Source: a virus (lineage: Duplodnaviria; Heunggongvirae; Uroviricota; Caudoviricetes). Taken from it: a stretch of DNA of 64,000 bases. The position numbers were made by a program, and so were the translations under genes. Where the stretch lies: IMG/VR virus record IMGVR_UViG_3300028584_001240. One strand, given 5' to 3'. The notes under the pieces were generated by a model. That model was not told the DNA's origin. It ran no database searches and saw only the letters and a list, made by a program, of their open reading frames with translations. The first letter of the stretch is position 1. Each line of letters begins with the position of its first letter. Below are positions 19,368-29,450 of this stretch, piece after piece.

Positions 19368-20236
19368 ATTTTTATCATCTCAAAAGTGGTTAAAGAAACT
19401 TTGTAAAGCTCATAAACCTCAAGATCAGTCAACGAGAATATATCATTAAAGTAATCATTTTCTTCCATGAAAGACATCAACTCTGGAATAGGTTGACCAC
19501 CCAACATAATTAAAACACCCAAATGTTCGGAATTAAAGGTTTCAAAGTCTAATACTCTCCTGAAAACAATTTTACTGATGTATTCATAAAAGGTGGTAAA
19601 CAATTTTTTCTTGATTAACTGCTTGAAGTGGTCATAATGGTCATTGATTTCATCAACAGGAATCGAAACAATAACTTGCATTTTATCGGCTGATTTAGGG
19701 GCTTGGAAATAAAAAATACCATCAATAATGTAATAAGAGAATTTCATAAACTCATTATCAACATTGCCATTGCCATAATTAGACATAATGGTGTAAAAGT
19801 TGTACTGACTTTTGTCGTCAATAAAAATGGCGTTATTAAAAATAACTCGATCAACCAAGTGCGGCGTTTCAAATTCATGAGGAAAGGCTAATGTTTTGGG
19901 TCTACGAAAATTAAGAAAGCCTTTCTGGAAAATACGCACTTTATCTGAGTCAAAGTGTAAATGCTCTTTAAATTCAGTATCCGAAGGGATAATATTGAAT
20001 TCAATCAACGCTTCAAAATAAGCAGTCATCATCTTGTGATGAATTTCAGCAGATACCGAATCAATTTTAAACAAAGCGTTTAATTTGTCAGTGACAAGCT
20101 TTCGAATGTAAAGTGGACTGGCACAAACACGATTGTCCATTAATTTAAATTGAACAGATTCTCCCCAGTGCGTAAGGAATTCATCCGCAGCCAGAAAAGA
20201 TTGCCCATATTTTTTGTAGTAATCGTATAGTTGCAT
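19364..20236 (-). CDS. Hypothetical protein; C-terminal-motif family
   Basis: GAGG SD; ends TFEMIKI. Confidence 0.8.
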   Translation of the reverse strand: MQLYDYYKKYGQSFLAADEFLTHWGESVQFKLMDNRVCASPLYIRKLVTDKLNALFKIDSVSAEIHHKMMTAYFEALIEFNIIPSDTEFKEHLHFDSDKVRIFQKGFLNFRRPKTLAFPHEFETPHLVDRVIFNNAIFIDDKSQYNFYTIMSNYGNGNVDNEFMKFSYYIIDGIFYFQAPKSADKMQVIVSIPVDEINDHYDHFKQLIKKKLFTTFYEYISKIVFRRVLDFETFNSEHLGVLIMLGGQPIPELMSFMEENDYFNDIFSLTDLEVYELYKVSLTTFEMIKI

Positions 20237-20291
20237 AGTTAACCTCGCAAAAGATGAAAGATTATAGCATACAACTACTTAATTATCAACA

Positions 20292-20873
20292 TCACTCTTT
20301 TGGATTAGCACCTTCTTTAACAACAAATTGACGATTGCCATTCCATGCATTAGTTTGTGGGTCAATTCTGACCAAAGTGTAAACTTCTGGGAAATCACTG
20401 TCTGACATTTTATCGACTTCAAACGTAGGCTCACTACCGATATCAACATCAAAGTTAATTTTAGTCACTTTAAATCCCGGTTCAACGTTAATAACAGTTG
20501 GCTCATCCATGAAATTACCAAAATTTTGACCATCAAATGTATGTTTTTCACCAAGTTCTTTCAATTCGTTAACACACACCAGACTGTGATGAACCTTGCC
20601 GAAAAATGGCTTTTTAGTGATACACAAGACTTCAAATAAATCTTCTGGATGACGTTCTCTAAATGAAACAACAGTATCTTTCAGCCCCAGAAGGTTCATC
20701 TCAATGGATGTTACTTTTTTCTCTGGGGTAATATCAATGAATTGTGTATCAAGTCCTTGAACATTATAAGCGGGTTTAAAATTATCAGAGGGCATGTCTG
20801 CCATAGCAGTGAATGAAAGTCCGGCTGCAAAGCATAGCAATATACTTTGACGAATTAAAGATGTAGCGTGCAT
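20292..20873 (-). CDS. Secreted/periplasmic hypothetical protein, two internal repeats
   Basis: Signal peptide ending TAMA; IDITPEKKVTSIEM...PEDLFEV versus INVEPGFKVTKINF...SDFPEV. Confidence 0.8.
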   Translation of the reverse strand: MHATSLIRQSILLCFAAGLSFTAMADMPSDNFKPAYNVQGLDTQFIDITPEKKVTSIEMNLLGLKDTVVSFRERHPEDLFEVLCITKKPFFGKVHHSLVCVNELKELGEKHTFDGQNFGNFMDEPTVINVEPGFKVTKINFDVDIGSEPTFEVDKMSDSDFPEVYTLVRIDPQTNAWNGNRQFVVKEGANPKE

Positions 20874-20938
20874 GTAAAGGCTCCAATTTATATAATTTTT
20901 ACATCATACCAAAAAAAAATATTATGTAAAGAAAACGC

Positions 20939-20967
20939 TTGATTGTTATCATCAAAACAGTTATAAT
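20939..20967 (+). promoter_or_regulatory. sigma70-type promoter
   Basis: TTGATT-N17-TATAAT. Confidence 0.7.
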
Positions 20968-20994
20968 GGCAACATATTAAAGAGGAAACACACT

Positions 20995-21039
20995 ATGTTT
21001 TTCAAATACGAATTAAAGGTGATCGAAGACAAATATTAA
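20995..21039 (+). CDS. Upstream peptide MFFKYELKVIEDKY
   Basis: AGAGGA SD; lies between the promoter and 21061..21672. Confidence 0.55.
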   Translation: MFFKYELKVIEDKY

Positions 21040-21060
21040 ATAAAATTAATAGGAGTCTTT

Positions 21061-21672
21061 ATGAAAACAGAAGTTATTTACCTTATCAACAAGGAAGGTA
21101 TCGTTAATACCTACCAAAATAAGGCAGAAGCATTTAACAAGTTGGGATACAACTTCATTGTCTACTCGTTAGCCGTTGAACTTGCATCTCCTGATCGTGA
21201 CAAAATTTGGGATGGTTACGCTAACCGTCGCTTTGCCAAAAAGAAACACGAAGGGTTGGGACAAACTTACGGCGAGCTTTACAAAAAGCTTAACCGTTAT
21301 GACGAAATGAAAGTATACGGTGATTTCATTCTCAAAAATGAATACAACGAACATCTTACTGTTCTTGACTTTGCTGAGTTTGTTTTCAAAGAAAAGAAAG
21401 AAAAAACTTACATCGGTTACGGGAAAAAGTTTTGGAATGGTGAAGGTGCTGTTCCTTACACTGGGAAACGTGGACGTTATTGCTATCGTAGAAAGCCAAA
21501 AACGCTTTTCTTGCTTAAAGATGCTGCCAGCGAAGTTGATGAAGATGAAATTGAATTCAACGTCAAAAATCGCAGACCAAAAGGTGCTATCACTACGGCA
21601 TGGGATGATAAAGGAAGAAATGACTGGCGTAACAGAAACTGGAAAAGACACCGTAACACACAATACAAATAA
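21061..21672 (+). CDS. Basic hypothetical protein with C-terminal RNWK..R..QY motif; distant relative of 4398..4982
   Basis: AGGAG SD; VPYTGKR..YRRKPKT and WDD...RNWKRHRNTQYK. Confidence 0.85.
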   Translation: MKTEVIYLINKEGIVNTYQNKAEAFNKLGYNFIVYSLAVELASPDRDKIWDGYANRRFAKKKHEGLGQTYGELYKKLNRYDEMKVYGDFILKNEYNEHLTVLDFAEFVFKEKKEKTYIGYGKKFWNGEGAVPYTGKRGRYCYRRKPKTLFLLKDAASEVDEDEIEFNVKNRRPKGAITTAWDDKGRNDWRNRNWKRHRNTQYK

Positions 21673-21695
21673 GCCACAGCAATGTGGCTTTTTTT
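21671..21695 (+). terminator. Intrinsic terminator
   Basis: AAGCCACA-GCAA-TGTGGCTTTTTTT. Confidence 0.8.
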
Positions 21696-21725
21696 ATACC
21701 TAAATTTATGTAAAAAAAAGGCAAC

Positions 21726-22628
21726 CTAGATGGTTGCCATAGCATAAATATTCATATGTTCATGGGTCAGTTTTTCACCCTCACCCAAAATAGACAATTC
21801 AATTAACTTTTCAGTAAAACCATGTTTAGGGTGATGAATAATCACAGTATCATAAATAAAATTGAAAATAAAGTTAACATCATATTCCTGATGTTCTTTA
21901 AGTAGGTTGATCTCCTTTAAAACGTTTGAATCCTCATAACTAACAGTCTTGTATTGATAAAGCTGCAAATAAGGATCATAGTGTGTCTCAGCGACAAACC
22001 AGTCACCCGCAAAAGAATCAATCACATAACCACCGGCTGACTCATAATGCGTATAGTCCTGCAGGTTAAACTTACCTTTAACAAATTCTTCTTGGTCTGG
22101 ATCGTCATTAAACATCATTGTAAAGTAAACAAGTCCATCACGAACAATGGCTTTATACTTAAAATTATAGACGTTATCTTCAATTTCAATATTGTTTAAA
22201 ACTTGTTGACCATGTTCTTGGACAAAATTAATATGCACTTTATAATATGATACACTTTTCATAAAATGATTAACTTGGTCATTAATAACAGTGCCTAACT
22301 GGATAGCACAATCATTTGAATAATAAGGTTCGAGAAATTCAACATACATTTTCCAACGCTCTTGTTCAATGCCTTCTGGGGTATAGCTAGTATGCTGACT
22401 AATAAAAAGGTGCTTCACATTAAAACTGTTAACCAAGAGATTATCTCTGAAAACAAAAATCCCCATATGGTTGGGATGTTTATTGCTGTCCATCACAACA
22501 ACAGCATTATCAGATTTATTAATCAAATAGTGCAGATCTTCTGATTTACCCAATAATGAACGTTCATTTTCATAGACGATCTGATGTTTGGAATCAATGG
22601 TTGGGTACAATTCTTTTAAATGAGTCAT
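21726..22628 (-). CDS. Hypothetical protein, paralog of 22719..23693; C-terminal-motif family
   Basis: Shared HFMK, AI.RD, HYES, YDP, QEYDVNFIFNFI and ELSILGE; ends IYAMATI. Confidence 0.85.
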   Translation of the reverse strand: MTHLKELYPTIDSKHQIVYENERSLLGKSEDLHYLINKSDNAVVVMDSNKHPNHMGIFVFRDNLLVNSFNVKHLFISQHTSYTPEGIEQERWKMYVEFLEPYYSNDCAIQLGTVINDQVNHFMKSVSYYKVHINFVQEHGQQVLNNIEIEDNVYNFKYKAIVRDGLVYFTMMFNDDPDQEEFVKGKFNLQDYTHYESAGGYVIDSFAGDWFVAETHYDPYLQLYQYKTVSYEDSNVLKEINLLKEHQEYDVNFIFNFIYDTVIIHHPKHGFTEKLIELSILGEGEKLTHEHMNIYAMATI

Positions 22629-22718
22629 TTATTTACCTTAAAGGGTTAAAATTTGGTTAATTATAACATATTTTAATACCACAATCAACGATAAGTTGTT
22701 CATAAAACAACTGCGTTT

Positions 22719-23693
22719 TCAAATAACAGTCATTTCATAGACCTTAACATGTTCAAGTGTAACACATTCGTTTTCACCTAAAATGGAAAGTTCCCTAAGT
22801 CTCTCTATGAAATCTTCTTTTGGATAACACAAAAACTCAGAATCAAAAATAAAATTAAATATAAAATTAACATCATATTCCTGTTCATTTATAGTCTTTT
22901 GCTCAACTGATGTTGTCAAAGTATCACCATCTGATATAGTTCGGTGGCAATAAATACTGTAAGCTTTTATGATAGGATCATAACGTGATTCTATAAATAA
23001 TTTATCTGACTTAAATATGTCAATAATCACATCAGATAGAGACTCATAATGTTCATAATCGGACAGTTGAAAATATTTTTTAACAAAAGATTCTTTAGTG
23101 GGTTTTTCTTTAATTAAATTAGTGAAATAAAGAATATTGTCACGAATAATGGCCCTATAAATAAGCTCATTCTTTTCATCAATAATAATAAGCATTTTTC
23201 CTAAGTCATTAATACACTTAGAGTCTATAATACGAATTTCATAAAGATCAACATATTTCATAAAATGCTTAATTTGCCAACTAATATCAGAATTTAAATG
23301 AGTGTAACAATCATTTTGATAGGCTTTTTTCAAGATGTCTATTTCACGACAATGAATGTTTTCAAGAGATGTGTCATCTTCAAATCGTAATGTTGGGTTT
23401 TCGAGTCGAAAACGTATTTCAGCAGCAGTTAGGCGACTGCGACCTGATCCAGAATTTTCTACTAACTCATTGTAGAGTCGTTTAAATGAATTGTACCTTA
23501 GCGAATCAACAGAAACGAGATCAATAAATGTTCTTGTTTTTTGTGGATGTGATCGTTCGTAAACAATAATTGTCGTATCCAATTTACTGACCAGATAGTA
23601 ATTCTGTCCATTTACGCCAATTCGGCAACTATCATCTTCATAAAATGATTCATTAAGATCTATCTTAGGGTACCATGAAGATAATGTTAGCAT
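22719..23693 (-). CDS. Hypothetical protein, paralog of 21726..22628; C-terminal-motif family
   Basis: AAGGAG SD; ends VYEMTVI. Confidence 0.85.
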   Translation of the reverse strand: MLTLSSWYPKIDLNESFYEDDSCRIGVNGQNYYLVSKLDTTIIVYERSHPQKTRTFIDLVSVDSLRYNSFKRLYNELVENSGSGRSRLTAAEIRFRLENPTLRFEDDTSLENIHCREIDILKKAYQNDCYTHLNSDISWQIKHFMKYVDLYEIRIIDSKCINDLGKMLIIIDEKNELIYRAIIRDNILYFTNLIKEKPTKESFVKKYFQLSDYEHYESLSDVIIDIFKSDKLFIESRYDPIIKAYSIYCHRTISDGDTLTTSVEQKTINEQEYDVNFIFNFIFDSEFLCYPKEDFIERLRELSILGENECVTLEHVKVYEMTVI

Positions 23694-23727
23694 ACGTTAA
23701 TTCTCCTTCTATAGTTTATGACTTAAC

Positions 23728-23749
23728 AAAAAACCCACCGAAGTGGGTT
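23728..23749 (-). terminator. Intrinsic terminator (UUCG loop)
   Basis: AACCCAC-TTCG-GTGGGTTTTTT on minus strand. Confidence 0.8.
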
Positions 23750-23757
23750 ATTATCAT

Positions 23758-25335
23758 TTAAAGTCCCGCAATTTTTTTCAATGCATTTTCATAATAAACA
23801 ATATTATCTTTACGTTCTATTTCATCATAACCCCAGAAACCATGCTTGAAGCGGTCAACAACCATTGTCAAGTAGACACGAAGCGTCTTACCAGCAATAC
23901 AGACATCACCTTTCTCAATCATGACATCTAATACTTCTGAAATAATAACATCATTCGTCAGTGCAATTGCCACGTTCATATCAGTGTTAGAGAAATCGGC
24001 ATAATCAAATAACGCTTTTCTCACTTGTTTTTTGACAAAATCACTGTTATAGAAGTCTTCATTTGAAATAGCGTTAGCATAACAAATACAGGCTGCATAC
24101 ATTTCATTGAGCTTATCAAATTTCTCTTCAAGCTTACCTAATGAGTAAAGGAAATAGATAAATGCGGCGTTTGCAAGGTAGCTTTCTTTTGTAAAGTCAT
24201 AGTTTGCATGTTCAAGAAGGTATTGAATGTAATTAAATTCACTCTTATCCGTAAACAAAATAGCATCACGCCATACAGTGTTCGCTTCTCCATTATGACC
24301 AACGGCTAAATTTGGAGTATGTTGAACCAACACTTTAAAGCATTCATGTAAATCATTATTCAAGCAATAAGAGTGCATTGAAATACGGTTAATCATAAAA
24401 CTTAAATCAAGCCCATGCGAAATAGCTTCTTCCAGATCAACCGCATTGTCATCCTTAACAATGTTACAGAACAAATCAATCGTTGTGACCAATCTTGGTT
24501 TTGCTACCGAAACACTATCTTGTTCCTTCGTGACCTGAGTTGGTGTAGATGGAGCTACTGGTTTGAAAGCTTCTTCAATCGTATTACCTTCAACAAAATT
24601 AAAAGTGTTCATTACATCTTTAAGCAAGCAACGGTCATCATAACGATCATCACGGTCAAATTCATATTTAAAACCTTGTTTCGCCATCATAGTAACGAAA
24701 TCTTTAATTGAAATAGGATGTTCATAATAGAAACCAAACACACACTCCATTTCTTCGCCAGAATTTTGTGGAAAAAATTGTTGCAACAATGGCTGTAAGT
24801 GTTGGTCATAACCATCATGTTCAATAGGGCTTAGGTAGAGTGTAAATGAACTGAATTTAGCATTAATGTCAAGATTACGATTAGCTCGCATAAGTATACC
24901 AGATTCATCATCGTTAATATCGGTGAATGAATAAGTAAATTGTGAAGGTATTGCAAAGAAACCTTTCGCGGTTACACGAGGTTCATTATAAGTGCTGACA
25001 AAATGGTCAACCAAACCACTAGCCAGTTCAACTTCATCTTTACTAAATGTTTTGACAAAGATATCATGGGTGCCTAATTCAATTTTCGGTGCTGGGGCTG
25101 ACGGTGGTGTTTGTGATGTGCTGGTAGCCGTAGTGGCAGCAGCCTTTTTAAAGAAGCCTAATACACCATTAACTTCAACCAATGAGACATTGCCGACATC
25201 AGGGTTACTAAAATCACGGCACCAATCACCCGCGTCATTTTTATATTTTCGTTCACGCTTCCAAAGAGCACGTTTACTGTGTGGAAATTTTGAGATAAGG
25301 AAATCTTTGCACTCTTCGGTTGAAATATTGGACAT
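23758..25335 (-). CDS. Multidomain hypothetical protein with possible ankyrin-like repeats
   Basis: Three domains separated by A/T/P-rich linkers; LEEAISHGLDL...ECFKVLVQH...IQYLLEH ankyrin-like pattern (weak). Confidence 0.7.
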   Translation of the reverse strand: MSNISTEECKDFLISKFPHSKRALWKRERKYKNDAGDWCRDFSNPDVGNVSLVEVNGVLGFFKKAAATTATSTSQTPPSAPAPKIELGTHDIFVKTFSKDEVELASGLVDHFVSTYNEPRVTAKGFFAIPSQFTYSFTDINDDESGILMRANRNLDINAKFSSFTLYLSPIEHDGYDQHLQPLLQQFFPQNSGEEMECVFGFYYEHPISIKDFVTMMAKQGFKYEFDRDDRYDDRCLLKDVMNTFNFVEGNTIEEAFKPVAPSTPTQVTKEQDSVSVAKPRLVTTIDLFCNIVKDDNAVDLEEAISHGLDLSFMINRISMHSYCLNNDLHECFKVLVQHTPNLAVGHNGEANTVWRDAILFTDKSEFNYIQYLLEHANYDFTKESYLANAAFIYFLYSLGKLEEKFDKLNEMYAACICYANAISNEDFYNSDFVKKQVRKALFDYADFSNTDMNVAIALTNDVIISEVLDVMIEKGDVCIAGKTLRVYLTMVVDRFKHGFWGYDEIERKDNIVYYENALKKIAGL

Positions 25336-25492
25336 TGTTTAACTCCTATAAATATTGATAAATAATAGCAAATTTTTAACATTTAGTCAATGCAAAATAT
25401 AAATAAAAAAGAACATTTAAAGCCATGTAATGATTGATTGTAGACTGATTATTTGATATAATAATGTTAATTAAATGACATGGAGATTTTTT

Positions 25493-25834
25493 ATGACTTC
25501 AAATGAAAGTGTTACTATGAGTTTTAAAACTGAATTTAAAAATACACTTGCTCTTATTGCTGTGGCATTATTGATCTTTACATCTATTCTAACTATTAAG
25601 GACTTTATATCGTTTCAAGAGAGAACTTCGGCTCAATACAAGACGCCTTGGTATACCAACAGTTTCATGAAAGAACCTTATACTACCGTGCGTCTATCAC
25701 TGGCTGATAAAACCAATGTTAAAGAATATTGGACGAAGAATGCTATTGGTTCTCAAGACTGGTTTGTGCGTGAAGTGAAAGTTGGTGAGACAACTTTTTG
25801 GACACTCTTGGAACGAAATGAAATCAATCATTAA
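25493..25834 (+). CDS. Membrane-anchored hypothetical protein
   Basis: GGAG SD before MTSNE; one TM segment. Confidence 0.75.
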   Translation: MTSNESVTMSFKTEFKNTLALIAVALLIFTSILTIKDFISFQERTSAQYKTPWYTNSFMKEPYTTVRLSLADKTNVKEYWTKNAIGSQDWFVREVKVGETTFWTLLERNEINH

Positions 25835-25845
25835 CAAAGAAAACT

Positions 25846-25872
25846 AAAAAAGGACTTTCGAGTCCTTTTTTT
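25846..25872. terminator. Bidirectional intrinsic terminator
   Basis: AAAAAAGGACT-TTCG-AGTCCTTTTTT. Confidence 0.85.
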
Positions 25873-25879
25873 GTGCCTG

Positions 25880-26725
25880 TTACATCTTTACCATCTCATG
25901 TATTTTAACAACATCTTGCATTTCCGTTCTTGTAAATGTTTTCAATTCCGTCACAGTCTCCGGCCCAACACCTGTTAAAGAGAACGCTCGATACAAAATC
26001 TTATACACATGTTGTTCCACATATAATTTAAAACGTTCTTCTGTCACAACCCTCCCATCTTCCATTAAAATAAATGGATTACTTTCATCTAATGAGACAA
26101 AAAAAGAATAGTTAATAACAGACTTATCAGTAAGAGATCGACAAGAACACTGCATTCGCATAACAAATCCAGAGCAGGAATTCTCTCGTTCACCCGCATC
26201 AAAATAACCAATACACCCATTGAACATACTAGGTTCATACAGTAAACTAGGTTCCACAGCATAAGTAACTTTGTTATTATTAAAAATGGTATGATCACCA
26301 TTAATATTAAAAGAGTGACTATGGGATGGATTGTCTGTTCGAGTATAACGAATATAAGCGTCTTGCCAATTTAAACCTGTTAAATTGATGTCTTTAAAAG
26401 GTTTTTTGATAACATAAGCATTAGATGCAACATCAGAGATAGAACACATCACCTGAGTAAAGTAGTCAAAATTGATGCCATAATTACAATGCAACGCCAT
26501 CAAACCACTAAACATATTCTCAACACTTGCACCAGCCATTGCCATTGAATAAAACCCTATTCCTGTGATATCAATAAATCTGATCTCTAATGGCTCATTA
26601 GCGTAAGTCAGCTTTTTCAATAAAGCTTGCGAATAGATATAACCATCATCGTTCTCATCCCCACCGAGATCATCTTTGAGAACTTTTAAAACATCATCTA
26701 ATTTTGATTTTTCGTTCAAATGCAT
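25880..26725 (-). CDS. Hypothetical protein; C-terminal-motif family
   Basis: 281 aa; ends IHEMVKM. Confidence 0.8.
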   Translation of the reverse strand: MHLNEKSKLDDVLKVLKDDLGGDENDDGYIYSQALLKKLTYANEPLEIRFIDITGIGFYSMAMAGASVENMFSGLMALHCNYGINFDYFTQVMCSISDVASNAYVIKKPFKDINLTGLNWQDAYIRYTRTDNPSHSHSFNINGDHTIFNNNKVTYAVEPSLLYEPSMFNGCIGYFDAGERENSCSGFVMRMQCSCRSLTDKSVINYSFFVSLDESNPFILMEDGRVVTEERFKLYVEQHVYKILYRAFSLTGVGPETVTELKTFTRTEMQDVVKIHEMVKM

Positions 26726-26769
26726 TTAAAACATCCTATTATTTTTAATGAATGGTTTGATATTCACGG

Positions 26770-27546
26770 TTAAATATCAACCATTGCGGTCAATTGTTTA
26801 AATTCAGCAATTTTACTGAAGATCCCTTTAACATTAGCAGGCGTAATATCTTCATGACTATAATCCAATCCTTTAAGCAAAGGCTCAAGCATTGATTCAA
26901 GAATCTTACATGCCAAGATTCGATGATCTTGGTTACGATCAACCACCACATAATTCGTGCCTTTCATACTGGCTGAGCAAATCAAGTCTGCTCCGATCAC
27001 ATAGAAATGAATGTTTCTATGAATGTGAAATTCATCACGGTATGAATTGAAGTGAACTTTCATATGCTCACACAATCCTTCATCTGGAAACTTGACATAA
27101 TCGTCAATAACATAAAAAGATTCGATATGCGACACTGACGTGTAGTAGTTGAAACAATACTGTTTATGTTGCCATGCATAATGAGCCAGAATAGTATCAG
27201 CAATGTCTTGTTCTGATGGTGTAATACACTCAATCAAGTATGCCACTGTTTTTGCAATATAACGAGCTTGTGAGTCATTAAACTTATTCACAGAAGTAAA
27301 GAGATCATCGAAATTTCGACGTGGACAGGGTTGCGTCCGAGATTTATGAATACGAATACCACGATGAGCCATATCATCAGTATGACTGAGCCAGTATTCT
27401 TTTGAGGTTAAATATTTATGTTTCAAGCAATAGACAATATCGCGTTCAGTATAGTCATCTTCAGGTTCGATATCAATACCTGCAGTAGCTACTGAGCAAA
27501 TTTCTTGTTGGATATAGTCTTTACGTTCAGCTTCTGTCATCGACAT
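26770..27546 (-). CDS. Hypothetical protein; C-terminal-motif family
   Basis: GAGGA SD; ends LTAMVDI. Confidence 0.8.
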   Translation of the reverse strand: MSMTEAERKDYIQQEICSVATAGIDIEPEDDYTERDIVYCLKHKYLTSKEYWLSHTDDMAHRGIRIHKSRTQPCPRRNFDDLFTSVNKFNDSQARYIAKTVAYLIECITPSEQDIADTILAHYAWQHKQYCFNYYTSVSHIESFYVIDDYVKFPDEGLCEHMKVHFNSYRDEFHIHRNIHFYVIGADLICSASMKGTNYVVVDRNQDHRILACKILESMLEPLLKGLDYSHEDITPANVKGIFSKIAEFKQLTAMVDI

Positions 27547-27665
27547 AAAATGTCCTCATAATTAAATATGCCTAATTATATCAAATTTCAACCAAAATGA
27601 CAATCGTTTTAATTGACTAATTTAAAATCAATGTAAAAATAGTGATATTTAAAAAGGAGTTTTTC

Positions 27666-28556
27666 ATGAGCCAAATATTATTAAGGGAAGTCAACAAGTA
27701 CAATAACAGTATTGGGTATTTTAGTAAAAATAAAAAGCTTTCTTATTCATCAACAGATATTTACATTGCTTCAAGTGATAAAAACAAACCAATCATATTA
27801 AACTTTGAGGAATGCCGTTCAGCTACTGCATTGTATGGATGCAACGAAAAAATAAAAACAATATATCTTAACATTATTATGCAAGCTATTGAGACAGATA
27901 TGCCTTTTACCATTGTAAATACGTTATTTAATCCATTAGAACTTGAAGAAGCAATACGCTATAAATTATCGACTACAACTTATAAATATAGTATCTATAG
28001 CATAGATAAAGAAGATCTTGAAAATGAAAATATTAATCTATTAACTAAAGAAGCTTCAATGATTGTCAACTATCATAACTATAACTGTCAAGAACATGAA
28101 AAAGGCTTACTACGAGCATCACTTTCTCGTTCATTTGCCAGTTACTTTCAACCTGTTAATCAAAATGATACTAAAAAAACAAAAATAGCCTATGCTCTTA
28201 TGATTATGGCATGTGATGAATCCGATGTTTTTTTCCATCCACAGTTTATCTCAATGGGACGTAGCATCGGGATATACAACTTTTTTTCTAATAATGAGTT
28301 GGATCTCAGCAAACTAGCTAATTCAAGTGCTTCAATATTATTAAATGATTCACAAAACATTTCTAAATACAAAGATACACTGGATGTTTTCCAATTTAAA
28401 CAAGTGAATGAGATTGACTACAATAAAGAATTAAAAGAACAAATAAAAGAGCAAATGAACACTAACTATAAAAACAAACTTAATGAAAATGAAAGTTATA
28501 TTGTCAGAAATAATTCAGATGTTACACGATTAATAGAAATAAAAAAATTCTATTAA
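27666..28556 (+). CDS. Hypothetical protein, possible degenerate type IV coupling-protein (DotL/IcmO/TrbC-like) ATPase fold
   Basis: AAGGAG SD before MSQIL; RSATALYGCNEKIKT (broken Walker A), LMIMACDE (Walker B-like), MGRSIGIYNFF (cf. QARSLGF). Confidence 0.5.
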   Translation: MSQILLREVNKYNNSIGYFSKNKKLSYSSTDIYIASSDKNKPIILNFEECRSATALYGCNEKIKTIYLNIIMQAIETDMPFTIVNTLFNPLELEEAIRYKLSTTTYKYSIYSIDKEDLENENINLLTKEASMIVNYHNYNCQEHEKGLLRASLSRSFASYFQPVNQNDTKKTKIAYALMIMACDESDVFFHPQFISMGRSIGIYNFFSNNELDLSKLANSSASILLNDSQNISKYKDTLDVFQFKQVNEIDYNKELKEQIKEQMNTNYKNKLNENESYIVRNNSDVTRLIEIKKFY

Positions 28557-29311
28557 TAACTCAATATCTTAATAAGATCAGTATAGCCATTGTCTATAAT
28601 AGTTTTACGTTTAGCCAATGAGTCAATATCAAACTCTAAATCAGGAATCATTCTTTGTATTTTATAAAATGGAAGAAAGTCACCATAGAGTTTGTAAGTA
28701 AGACTAACTGTTTTATTCTTAATGTTGAACACTGCTTCATATAAATAAAAATCAGGTGTATTATCTGAGTTAGTGACGTAGTATGTCTTTCTACTGTGAT
28801 CATATGATGTATAATGATTAGTAATAATATGCCGCTCAATAAAACCATCAACATATTTAAATATCGTGGCAGGTTCTGCATTGTAAGCATCATCATATTG
28901 ATACAAGAAAGGCATTTTTCCATTACCTAACATTAACTCATTCTGTTGAAATAATTTCATACTCACATAAAAAAAATGATTGTGTTCAGATGTCATTCCA
29001 AAATCTGAGAAAAATAAGGTGACTGTTTTATTGTTTTTTGTTCTAATGTAAGTAAATTTAGGGTCGGCTTGAATGTTAAACTTATTAATAAAATCATTGG
29101 CCGTAGTTGTCTTATGATAGCCATCTACACGAACAAATCCTAATTCAGTTAACAAATATAATTGACTAGCAGCAATCATGAAACTATTTTTTGTTCTCAT
29201 AATATATTTTTCAAGCCGTTTTAGTTCATTTCCTTGCTCAAAACCATCACGAGTAAGGGCTTCCTTATCAGATAAAAAGTATTTTACTTCGCCAATAGTT
29301 TCGTAATCCAT
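28553..29311 (-). CDS. Hypothetical protein; C-terminal-motif family (variant)
   Basis: AGGAGG SD; ends LIKILSY. Confidence 0.8.
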   Translation of the reverse strand: MDYETIGEVKYFLSDKEALTRDGFEQGNELKRLEKYIMRTKNSFMIAASQLYLLTELGFVRVDGYHKTTTANDFINKFNIQADPKFTYIRTKNNKTVTLFFSDFGMTSEHNHFFYVSMKLFQQNELMLGNGKMPFLYQYDDAYNAEPATIFKYVDGFIERHIITNHYTSYDHSRKTYYVTNSDNTPDFYLYEAVFNIKNKTVSLTYKLYGDFLPFYKIQRMIPDLEFDIDSLAKRKTIIDNGYTDLIKILSY

Positions 29312-29450
29312 AAGACCTCCTGAATGCTAGATTATAGCATAATTTCATCATTATGATCAACTATTATTATAATAAATATAGAATAATACACTATGTATAT
29401 TTTAATACTATGCTATAATTGAAAAAAGAATATAATGAATTAGGTGCATA

